A DNA stretch of 64,000 nt from positions 558,001 through 622,000 of the forward strand of contig CM039002.1 of the NCBI GenBank assembly GCA_017499595.2. Direction: 5' to 3'. A model generated the notes under the pieces. That model worked only from the letters and a program-made list of their open reading frames with translations. It made no database searches and was not told where the DNA came from. Positions 12,297 through 21,569 of this stretch are shown piece after piece; positions within the stretch are counted from its first letter, which is position 1; the number at the start of each line of letters is the position of its first letter. The stretch is from Psilocybe cubensis (lineage: Eukaryota). Position numbers and translations under genes: made by a program.

Positions 12297-12653
12297 GTAC
12301 CTCCCGGTCGCCCTACAGAAGGTCTTCTGTAATCGCGACCCCGACAGGTACACCGTCTCTTCAGAAGGTCTTCTGAACAGACGCTGTAAATAGGGAAACC
12401 GTCGTTGGCCCCTAGAGTCCCACTGCCCCCTACCTCCTGGTCGCCCTACAGAAGGTCTTCTGTAATCGCGACCTCCACGGGTACACCGTCTCTTACTGCC
12501 CCCTACCTCCTGGTCGCCCTACAGAAGGTCTTCTGTAATCGCGACCTCCACGGGTACACCGTCTCTTCAGAAGGTCTTCTGAACAGACGCTGTAAATAGG
12601 GAAACCGTCGCTGGACGGAGGGTGGTGTGTCGCTCTACAGAAGATCTTCTGTA
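12297..12653. repeat. Array of six 18-bp palindromes T(A/T)CAGAAG-(G/A)T-CTTCTG(T/A)A, within 73-bp tandem and ~107-bp direct duplications
   Basis: Copies start at 12314, 12360, 12447, 12520, 12566 and 12636. Exact tandem unit at 12422-12494 and 12495-12567. Confidence 0.9.
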
Positions 12654-12823
12654 AAAGTGACCCTCTCTTCACCCTGGAACTCTCTTCACATCATATTCAC
12701 ATTCACAACATATTCTGCATAGCTGGTGTACAAAGCTGGGTTGCGTCTATTGCTCTTCGTACGTCGTATTACTGGGGTAACGTATGCTGGGACAACAACT
12801 GATGTCTATCACGCAGATACACA

Positions 12824-15800
12824 ATGCCTCTCACTTCCCAGATTGACTGGTCGAAGGGTACCGTCTTCATCCACGACGGCACACTTATTTGTTCGCCCAA
12901 CTCCAAACGATTCGTCATACTACCTTGTGGGCCACCTTCACTGAAGCATTTGGAAGCCGCCAAAGATGAAAACAAGGCCCACCTGCCTTACCCCGGTTCC
13001 ACACATTTTGACCGCAAACTCGATATCGACCTCGCCTTATACCGGCAACCCGTGCAGTGGGAAGACAGTTATGGCTGGCTGGCCTTCGTACCATTGTCAC
13101 CATCATTCATATCCTTGCCATTCAAGCCATTGTCTTGGACCCCAGAACCGAGGCGGTGGAGGACAGGTCAAACCACATACCAATGGGAAGTAGAGTCTCA
13201 TGAAAAGGGCGAATGGTATAGATGCGAATCTCAGCTCGTTTACCTCTGCGAGAAGCTACGGTTATGGTATCGCATACCGGGTACCCCGCCTCCTGTGCCG
13301 TCTCGGTTTGGTTATGACAGACCGCACCGAAGTAAAGAAATTGCCGAGAAGATGGTTGAGGTGTCGCGCAATGCTTTCGTGTTGTGGATGGGTTTCCTCT
13401 CCTACCTGATTGCGCAATCTCGTCGTCCGGAGCACGCCGCCCACCTACGTGATGACGGTAAGAAACCCGTCCCTGCGTGGCATACCAAAATTCTCGAGGA
13501 GCAGGCCGCTGAGGCTGCAGCAGCAGTGGCTGCTTCGGCCCAAACAGGATGGGATCCTATCACCCCACCTCCGCCCTTGATCACGGAGCCATGGTTGGAT
13601 GGTCTCCGCCAGTCAGTGGTCTGGAACTTCACTCCACAAACGCCGCGCGCTGGAATTGCCTACGATTGGACCACATCGCACCGCACGCGACCTCCGATTG
13701 AGTTTTTTTTGGACAATGCCATCGCAGTGTACTATCCTTGGGGAGTAGTGGAGGAAGACACTATGAAAACACACAAACTGGTGCGGCAGGACCTGAGACC
13801 TCCGTCCGAAATGCTGGCCACGGTGCTAGACGAATTTCTCGGGTCGACGGATGTGCCACTGGCCACTCTGTTCATGCGCAAGTATTACGAGCAACCCGAC
13901 AGCACTGTTTCGCCCAGCATTAAACTGTTAGGGCAGAGCCACTCGCAATCGTTTGTGTTTCAGCACATCATGGACCGGTATCACAACGAACAGACTGCAT
14001 TCGAGAGAGCATGGGACAATCCAGACAACCTGGACATTGACGACATTCTGCGGCAGAGATCTTCCCAAGTAAATGCGAAGGCCCGACGGATGGAGGAGAA
14101 CTGGAATGATTCCTTTACGGAAGGTCATGAAATGCAAGGACGTATTTCTGGAGTTGTGGATGTCACAGGAGACGTTCGTGGCATACAAAATACCGAGTCA
14201 TTCACTGATTGGGAGCCGTACTGGACACGACGACTGGCTCAATGGCGCAAGGCGTTGGAGAATGAGGACCCCGCTGCTCGTCGCTTGCGGTTGGCTCGCG
14301 AGAAACAAAAGCCTACCCGACGCACCAAAATGTATCAGTGGAAAATGGTGCGCCACGCCAACGGCACAGTCACATACCTCAGGCAACTGGTATCGCCCAA
14401 CATGGCTGCCAAGTTGTACCACAAGTACCGTCCACGTCAAGTTGTGTACAATTCCATTGACAACGTCTGGGATCTTTGCCGGTACTTCAAACCTCCAATT
14501 GAGCTGGCTCAAGGAGGCTCAGACAATAGTGACTTGAGTTCAGGAAGTTCTGACGAGTCAGACCCTGGCCCCATTCCCTTGGTGTCCAAACCCAATCAGG
14601 TGGTTAACACGCCAGAGCCCCAGGAACCGCGCGTGCAACAGTTTGACCCTAGCAGTCGCCCGCCAACTCCTGCTGCGGAACATTTCAGTGGGTATCCAGG
14701 ATCGCCGGATATGCAGGTAGATGCAGTCCATTCCCATGTCACCGACACAGTCCCACCCCCAGACGTGGAACCTGCCCTCACTCTCCTGGACGCCAGGCCC
14801 CCACCGGCCCCCAAGCCAGATGCACGCACAGGCTGGATGGTGCCCGCTCGGAACCTGGTACAATCCTTGCGACTGGGTTATGGGTATACAGGCCCAGGTT
14901 CTGGGTTCTCAGTGCGTGCTTCCACCACGACGAAGGATGAACGCAAGGAATGGCTTGAGATTGTGGAAAGCCTGGGTTTCCTAAGCGCCAATGCCGACGA
15001 CCACCTTGAAGAAGCCGACAAGCAGACTGTGCAGGTCTTCTATCAACATTACGTCGTGTCCGACAGTGAAGACATGTTGGCTGACCTATGTGACCTGCAC
15101 CCCAACAACAAGTACGGGCTACACACCTTCTTGGGATTACGAGAGGTACAGCGCCCCCACAAGAGCATGTTCGTGTTCTCTGAACCACGCTCACAGTGGT
15201 CAGACTGGAAACTTGGTGTGGAAACGGCCGAGGTCGCGTTATACGTATGTCGGTTGATGCAGATGTATCCCACTCTGGACATCGACGACATTGGGTACAA
15301 ATTGCTAAGCAAGGGCGTGCCCTGTCGCACCTTCGTCAAGATCCCAGCATCGCCCCGGAGTAAAACCGTCGTTGACAAGTTTATTCCGACCTCATTCCGT
15401 CCCGCGGGGTATACATTTGTGGTGGAAGACTTCCTAGAGTACCGACATCAATGCGAGACTCTTTTGAGCATGCCACAGGGTAGAGCCGCTGTTTTAAAGG
15501 GGGGTATAATCAGTCGCATTGCCAGTGAATACCTGGGTTTGTTATCTACTTTGGAAGGCCCATCCCCTGAAATCATCACTAACAAGCAAGGTTTCATGAT
15601 ACTTTTGGGGCCTAACGAGTGCTGGGCTGATGACGAACTCACGGAAAAAGAGTTAGCGGTGTTGTGTGGCACATACGGAATGTATACGGGTAAGCTGACA
15701 TCACAACTTGCTGGTTCACAACTCACTCACTTGTATACAGCTCGTGCCAATCAGACCACTATTGTCTCATGGTTCCCACCGGCGGACCTCTGGGCCCCTG

Positions 15801-16030
15801 GGTCCTTGAGAAATGGTCGTCAGCTTATTGAGTGGACACCAGACAATGAAAAGTGGTATCAAGATCGCGTCCGAGATATTCTTGCTGGTCAGGCTCAGCC
15901 ACACACAAAGGTACAGTGGAGGACATGGTATCGCGGTATACCACAGGCGCGCCGCCTGAAGGAGCAGTCATCTCATCGTAGTGCAGACTTTGTGGACCGC
16001 CATTTGCCCATCACCCAAGGCAAACTGTAG
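12824..16030 (+). CDS. Uncharacterised ~1050-aa transposon-borne protein (Trp-rich N- and C-terminal domains, disordered linker)
   Basis: 1068-codon ORF, probably with one in-frame ~51-nt intron (GTAAGC ~15690 to TACAG ~15740). C-terminal block GRAAVLKGGIISRIA...DDELTEKELAVLCGTY...SWFPP...W...EWTPDNEKWYQDR...I...G.AQP...W resembles an agaricomycete hypothetical family that I cannot name. Confidence 0.8.
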   Translation: MPLTSQIDWSKGTVFIHDGTLICSPNSKRFVILPCGPPSLKHLEAAKDENKAHLPYPGSTHFDRKLDIDLALYRQPVQWEDSYGWLAFVPLSPSFISLPFKPLSWTPEPRRWRTGQTTYQWEVESHEKGEWYRCESQLVYLCEKLRLWYRIPGTPPPVPSRFGYDRPHRSKEIAEKMVEVSRNAFVLWMGFLSYLIAQSRRPEHAAHLRDDGKKPVPAWHTKILEEQAAEAAAAVAASAQTGWDPITPPPPLITEPWLDGLRQSVVWNFTPQTPRAGIAYDWTTSHRTRPPIEFFLDNAIAVYYPWGVVEEDTMKTHKLVRQDLRPPSEMLATVLDEFLGSTDVPLATLFMRKYYEQPDSTVSPSIKLLGQSHSQSFVFQHIMDRYHNEQTAFERAWDNPDNLDIDDILRQRSSQVNAKARRMEENWNDSFTEGHEMQGRISGVVDVTGDVRGIQNTESFTDWEPYWTRRLAQWRKALENEDPAARRLRLAREKQKPTRRTKMYQWKMVRHANGTVTYLRQLVSPNMAAKLYHKYRPRQVVYNSIDNVWDLCRYFKPPIELAQGGSDNSDLSSGSSDESDPGPIPLVSKPNQVVNTPEPQEPRVQQFDPSSRPPTPAAEHFSGYPGSPDMQVDAVHSHVTDTVPPPDVEPALTLLDARPPPAPKPDARTGWMVPARNLVQSLRLGYGYTGPGSGFSVRASTTTKDERKEWLEIVESLGFLSANADDHLEEADKQTVQVFYQHYVVSDSEDMLADLCDLHPNNKYGLHTFLGLREVQRPHKSMFVFSEPRSQWSDWKLGVETAEVALYVCRLMQMYPTLDIDDIGYKLLSKGVPCRTFVKIPASPRSKTVVDKFIPTSFRPAGYTFVVEDFLEYRHQCETLLSMPQGRAAVLKGGIISRIASEYLGLLSTLEGPSPEIITNKQGFMILLGPNECWADDELTEKELAVLCGTYGMYTGKLTSQLAGSQLTHLYTARANQTTIVSWFPPADLWAPGSLRNGRQLIEWTPDNEKWYQDRVRDILAGQAQPHTKVQWRTWYRGIPQARRLKEQSSHRSADFVDRHLPITQGKL

Positions 16031-16501
16031 CCTGGTGTGTCAAAATTGGTATGTACTCTCATATTGGCGACATACGCCTTGCTGACCTTACGCAATTGAC
16101 ATTCAGTATCATAACGAATTTCTTGTTGGTATTTCATCTTGGTAAGTAGTTTCATAGCCTCTACTAAGTGTGTCACTCACGCCACACGCACACCACACAA
16201 TCAATTAGGCCAAGCAATATATGTATATTATCAGAAGATTAATAGTTCGTCGTAAGATTATTATGCAACAAAGGTCTGGTATGTACAAGTGGGGCGACGA
16301 CGGGGGTATATTCTACTCAAATCAGCAAAACAGCACAAGAGCAATATCTACAAAGAGAGGTATGATACACCAAGAAAACATGATAGCAGAGAGTCCAGAG
16401 ATAATGATACAGGTAGCAAGAAAGCACAAAGCACAGCAAGAAAGCGAAGCAACAATGACAGCACAAACGCAAGAAAAAAACACCCGAAGAACCCAACCCA
16501 A

Positions 16502-17119
16502 TCACAACCTGCTCACGCTACGCTGGACAAGTTTATAGTGTTTGCAGAGCTTTTTGTAGACGGGGTCTGGGAAGCGATGGTGGAGGAATCGCTCGAAAGC
16601 CAAGTTGTTGATGCGGCAGTAATGCTCGAGGATCTCTCGAAGAGCGGCATTATGAACAAGTAGCGCTGGCAGGGGCGCTAGTTCATCCTGTTGGACCAGC
16701 TGGTTGGCCACGGTGGCAAGGTCATGACGTCGGGTGACAAAAGGAAGGATGGAAGAGTGGAGGCACCGAAAAACAATGCCGGCGCGTTCACGATCCATGG
16801 CCGCACTGCGAAGGTGCGCGTCCGCATCGGAGTCCACAGGCCAGGCTGCCAATAGCGGATGAACGACGTCAATTAATGGGAATCGGCGCAAGACGCGCAC
16901 CTGGTACACAAGGCAACATTTCCACCCAACCCCCCATATCCACCTCGCTATCCTGCTCTTCCTCCAATAGCGGTGCGCGGTCGCTGTTGTCTGGCTGCGA
17001 CATACGACGATGTAACGGAATGGTGTCCTTGTTGTCGACACCGAGTGCGCGTCGCAGTTTGCTGGAACCGGCCTTACAGAACTTGGCAAGGACTGTGAAA
17101 AGTCTGCCAGCCCATACAA
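16502..17119 (-). CDS. Small hypothetical transposon cargo protein (structure uncertain)
   Basis: 205-aa ORF with a protein-like C-terminal half (LATVANQLVQQDELAPLPALLVHNAALREILEHYC...). The 5' exons are unresolved. Confidence 0.35.
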   Translation of the reverse strand: MYGLADFSQSLPSSVRPVPANCDAHSVSTTRTPFRYIVVCRSQTTATAHRYWRKSRIARWIWGVGWKCCLVYQVRVLRRFPLIDVVHPLLAAWPVDSDADAHLRSAAMDRERAGIVFRCLHSSILPFVTRRHDLATVANQLVQQDELAPLPALLVHNAALREILEHYCRINNLAFERFLHHRFPDPVYKKLCKHYKLVQRSVSRL

Positions 17120-17439
17120 GGATGAAACAAATAATGAAAGCCAGGGCCTTGGTGAGGTAGTGGATGAGCTTGCCGTGCAAGCGAAGGTCAGAGGTGATAG
17201 TGTTGTGCATTGAAGAGATGTGGTGGTGGTGATGATGGGTATTGCAGAACAAGATGTGAGTGCGAGAAATTGGGGAAAAAATTCAGTTTTTATTTCAAGG
17301 AGCTATAGACAAACGTTGGCAAACGATATGGCAACACAGGTATAAGTTAGCACCACTAAACTACTTGTTCTAGGTGGTATATTAATGTGCCAAATGAACA
17401 TGAACAGAGGTATGGTGGGGCAGCAGGCTCAAGCCAAAA

Positions 17440-17731
17440 AAATGATGCCATGGGACGCGTCTAGACGCGCCCTCCAACGCGCCCTTCAACCCATACAGAA
17501 GGCCCAAAAGGCCCCCTTTAAAACCCCCCTCGTACTCCGTCGCTGCCGCCGCCGCCGTCGTCGTCGTCGTCGCGGGTGTACTTGTCCCACCCATCACACC
17601 CTCCAACTCGCCTCCCACCCCAAACGAAAGCCCAAACGCCCCCACCCCACTGCCCCACCCCTCCTGTTCCGTCGTCACCCGCCCTCGCCCACTCCGCTGC
17701 CGTCGTTGGCACCACCGTCGTCGTTGGCACC

Positions 17732-17765
<34 letters not shown>

Positions 17766-18054
17766 CGGGTGCCCTCGTTCCACCCATCGCACCCCCTCCA
17801 ATTCGCCCTGCAACCCATAACGAAGGGCCACAAGGGCCCCAACCTATACCCCCCCCTCCTACTCCGTCGCCGACGTCGCTGTCGTCGTAGTCGTCTTCGT
17901 CGGCGGCGGCGCCGTCGCCGCGGCTGCCCTCGTCACCCATCCCACACCCTCAAACCGCCCTGCAATCCATAACGAAGGGCCACAAGGGCCCCAACCAACC
18001 CTCCCAACCCCCCTTCTACTCCGTGGTCGCCGTCGCCGCTGCCGTCGTTGGCAC

Positions 18055-18087
<33 letters not shown>

Positions 18088-18226
18088 GGGTGCCCTCGTC
18101 ACCCATCCCACACCCTCAAACCGCCCTGCAACCCATAACGAAGGGCCACAAGGGCCCCAACCTATACTCCCCCCTCCTACTCCGTCGCCGACGTCGCTGT
18201 CGTCGTAGTCGTCGTCGGCGGCGGCG

Positions 18227-18259
<33 letters not shown>

Positions 18260-18600
18260 TGGGCGGCTGCCCCTCGTCCCACCCGTTCTCATCGCCCTCC
18301 ATCACATAGAACCCATGCCAAGGGGCCCCAAGGCCCCCAGGCAATGCCCCCCCCTTCCTGCTCCGTCGTCGTCGTCGTCGCTGTCGTGGTCGCCGGCGTC
18401 GTCCTCGTCCTCGTCGCCTCCCACCCCTCCCAGACCCTCCAAACCGTAACGAACGCCCAATAGGGCCCCCCAATACCCCCTCCTAGTCCGTCGCCGCTGT
18501 TGTCGTCGTCGTCGTTGGCGTTGTCACCGTCGTCGTACGTCGTTGTCGTAGTGAGACCTCGTCGGTCGTCGGCGTCATCGTTGACAACGATGACGACGAT
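17440..18600. repeat. Subterminal GC/CpG-rich minisatellite: ~130-190-bp units of a C-rich block plus (GTC)n/(GCC)n tracts
   Basis: Near-identical core GCCCTGCAA(C/T)CCATAACGAAGGGCCACAAGGGCCCCAACC at ~17805, ~17957 and ~18123. Degenerate copies at ~17481, ~17610, ~18310 and ~18440. The cores alternate with GTC triplet runs. Confidence 0.85.
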
Positions 18601-18670
18601 GTTAATTATAAAAAAAAGATTATGTAACGTATGGACGTATCATGACTTACCGCATCTCTTCCTATATCAA

Positions 18671-18742
18671 AGTCTCATGGTCTAGTGGTTAAGCGCTGCG
18701 TCTTTTTAGCTGAAGTCGGTGGTTCGAACCTCGACCAGGCCA
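18671..18742 (+). pseudogene. tRNA-derived sequence retaining Pol III A-box and B-box
   Basis: A-box TGGTCTAGTGG (18678-18688) and B-box GGTTCGAACC (18721-18730) at tRNA spacing, ~72 nt overall. Acceptor, anticodon and T stems pair poorly, and there is an internal T5 at 18703-18707. Confidence 0.65.
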
Positions 18743-19016
18743 TTTATTTGGCGCGCGGACTACAAAGGCTACGGGCCTATCGTAAGTACCGCGGTATGTC
18801 GCCTTGGCCTTGATTATACTATCTTCGTAGAATACCGTATGTCGTGAATGCAGTGTATTAAACATATGTAATGAAAACATATCATGTAATTGAATTATGT
18901 AAGTCTACTAAGTACTACAAAAGCTACTGGTAAGTGCGGTTAATACGGTGTCTACGGTAATATAGGTGTAAGCTACTGAAAAAAACGTTTCCCGCTGATG
19001 TACTCGGAATCCTATT

Positions 19017-20297
19017 CATCGCGAAAACCGCCAAAAACATGCATTGCCTTTGTACCCTTTTAAGGTAAGTCAGGAATTAGCCGACCTTACCAAGCCAATC
19101 AAAACATTTGTTGACCTTGGATTGCCTTTGAAAGGTTAGTGAATTATTAACTGATCTTTGCTTGGGATTTTAATATCTGTTCTTATTGTAAGTCATAGCA
19201 AAATATTTCAGATGTATGTATAATCAGAGAATTATAAATTCTACCTTATTTTCCAATATAATTATATGCTTTGCCTTATATTGTGTTGTAAAGCTTTAGA
19301 AAAATATTTCCTTGTTAATGAAATCTTACCTGAAAATTGAAAGGCAAACCAATATCTAGATTAGTAGTGTAGGTTATTCATTGATTTTTAGTTATTATAT
19401 TGATTGTTCAATATTTATAACCACGGGGCGCTCCTCACTGCTCAGAGCAAGCTCAGAGACAAAGTTCCGTGAGAGATCACATGACATAGAGTCAGACATT
19501 GGGGCCACGGAAATTGGGGACGGGGACTCTAAAAGACCGTCGCACAACTCAAAACAACTCTGTCAAGGCTTTTCACTTCCCCATCTTCAAGAAATTAAAT
19601 GGTAAGAATTTCTTCCTAACTTGTGAGATTCCTGCCGTATAACCTCTAGCAAGTATACAGTTCCAACAGTACTAGCACACATGTGGGACTGGGTTTGGCT
19701 GGTCAGATAGTAAGTGCACATCATATTCTGTACCATCTATTCCACAATGTACTCATTTTCAACACGAAGGTGACCGACTATCTGATTCTCGCACTCGGTC
19801 TCGTTCTTGCACTTGGTCTCATTCTCGCACTCGGTCTCGTTCTCGCACTCGCACTCGCACTCGGTCTCGTTCTCGCACTCGCACTCGCACTCGGTCTCAT
19901 TCTCGCTTTTAGCGTAGTTTTTTTGCTCTGCTGTTTTGACTTCTACAGTAGCTTTTTTTACTACACGTGTATTTGTATTCAGTTGGTTAATAAGCAATTT
20001 GTACATTTCTGGATACCGGCGGCCAAGCCAGAAAGAGTGAAATAAGATTCATTAATGAGCGCACATCTTTGCAAAGTTACCCAGCTTTGCAAGGGCAATT
20101 AAAGATTTGCCCTGCCTTCAAAGGTCAACTAAGAATGACCAAAAGTTACAAAGGATTCGCAATGTTGCTAATTATAACGTGTCCTTACTTGTAAGTGCTT
20201 ACAAGTAAGGCCATTTATAATCTTTGTGTCCTTAGTGCCATTTGTTACCTTTATTAGCAATGTATTATCTGGCAAACTTATGGCGGTTTTCGCGATG
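19017..20297. mobile_element. Non-autonomous TIR DNA transposon (1,281 bp), CATC...GATG ends
   Basis: Perfect 17-bp TIR CATCGCGAAAACCGCCA (19017-19033) / TGGCGGTTTTCGCGATG (20281-20297). TT flanks both sides (19015-16 and 20298-99). AT-rich interior with no transposase ORF. Confidence 0.9.
19783..19906. repeat. Hexamer-based tandem repeat (CTCGCA/CTCGGT/CTCGTT/CTCATT) inside the non-autonomous element
   Basis: Directly visible: ttctcgcactcggtctcgttctcgcactcgcactcgcactcggtctc... Confidence 0.85.
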
Positions 20298-20663
20298 TTT
20301 TTGTGTAAGTTGGAACCAATCTGAATATCGCGGCTATCACCAGTTCCGCCTAGACTCGTGAGCAGACGTTTTTAAAAAAATCAATAAGCAGAGTTCCGTG
20401 TATATTTAGAGGTTGTTTAAAGGTCCGATTAGAGTCCTTGTGGTGTTTGCCTTCCGGTGCCGCATCTAGACTGGACGAATCTAAATATTGAGTTTCAAAG
20501 GTTTTTCTAAGACCGTCAACCTAGATTTGAGAGTCCAGGCACCTCGGGGTACAGAGACTACTGCCTGCCAAATCACGTTGATTTCTACAATCTAATATTG
20601 AAGAGTCCGCAACGATACATTGCACACTATTGCCTGCAGTTTACACGATTAGGTAGCCAAGCT

Positions 20664-21569
20664 TCATGGTATGACTCCGTCCTTAACAGACTGCCATGAT
20701 TCTCGAGACGAAATATCATTCCACCATCTAAATAACATTGTCAATAATAGAAGATCAGGTAATCTAATATATATATGCCTGCTGGAAAACATACCTGGCG
20801 ACGTTGGGCCTTGTCGGAGAATCAAGGCCTGATGCTCCAGCGTCCTTAAGCAACGATCCGTATGGAAGGTGATACAAATCAGCGAGAGTTACAGACTGTT
20901 GAATATCATTGTCATGATTTGGAAGAACCAGAATACAGCCGACGGAAAGCATACGTTACCGACCAAATATTTCTGTTTGCTGAGGATTTTTTCGTAGACA
21001 TCAAGCTTTGTCTCGAGAGTCGCAAGAAGTTTGTCAGCAAGCTCGACGTTGCCGACTACCCCATACTTTCTAAATAAACAAGAAGCAGCGTAATCGACAT
21101 GAATACATGCACGGTGATATAACAAAGGTTCACGTTACGGCTTGAAAACTTTTTCGACTACAGCCTTTTCAGCATATTCATTAAAATATGCCTGCTCTAT
21201 CGAAGATGCCTGTTGAAAAAGTGCGTAGGCAGCAAAATCGGTAAAGTCGGGTATTAACCCAGGGGTTCCTTGGTTAGCATACTTGGCCGCAATATATTGG
21301 CAAATAGCCCTGCTTTCATAGAGGATAAACCCATCATCGTCCTGTATGTATAGATCAGACTCCCCTGAGGAGAAATGCGGTAAGTAAGAAATGCTTACTA
21401 TGCAAGGGACGACACCGAAAGGTTGCTTCTCAAGAAAATCTGCGGATTTGTGTTCTCCTTTTAAGAGATTGACTTCTTTCAAGATGAATGGCACTTGTTT
21501 TTCTTTGAGAACAGTCGCAACGCGCCAGGTGCAGGTTGTCATAGGGTTGCCATAGAGCGTTAGGACCAT
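20664..21569 (-). CDS. Glutathione S-transferase (phi-like/fungal), multi-exon
   Basis: MVLTLYGNPMTTCTWRVATVLKEK...KQPFGVVPCI|DDDGFILYESRAICQYIA...LDVYEKILSKQKYLVGN|SVTLADLYHLPYG...RPNVAR|WWNDISSRESWQSVKDGVIP*. Confidence 0.93.

Larger units (their letters stand above)
2851..19000 (+). mobile_element. Large (16,150 bp) Plavaka-type DNA transposon with cargo genes
   Basis: Left end CATCTGCAGGAAA-aaaaaga-TTTCAGTAG (2851-2879). The right end, reverse-complemented, reads CATCAGCGGGAAA-cgtttt-TTTCAGTAG and ends at 19000. TA flanks both sides (2849-2850 and 19001-19002), a 2-bp TSD. Encloses a Plavaka transposase and visibly GC-richer sequence than the flanks. Confidence 0.85.

Noticed and set aside
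11676-12653. Calling the palindrome arrays a CRISPR array
   Set aside because: Eukaryotic context, no cas genes, repeats only 14-18 bp and irregular spacing (40-123 bp). Reported as dyad arrays of unknown function instead.
12824-16030. TET/JBP dioxygenase, Fanzor/TnpB or KDZ transposase identity for the large cargo ORF
   Set aside because: I could not see the HxD...H...R 2OG-Fe(II) pattern in context, RuvC plus zinc-finger motifs, or CxC/KDZ motifs. A profile or structure search is needed to exclude remote homology.
17382-18685. Overlapping ORFs rich in poly-R/V/S/T/D
   Set aside because: Artefacts of stop-free (GTC)n repeats, open in several frames on both strands.
18671-18742. Functional tRNA gene
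   Set aside because: Acceptor, anticodon and T stems do not pair properly and an internal T5 would terminate Pol III; only the promoter boxes are convincing.
19683-20045. LALALG and ENETECEC repeat ORFs
   Set aside because: Translations of a hexamer tandem repeat inside a non-autonomous element; no other coding evidence.
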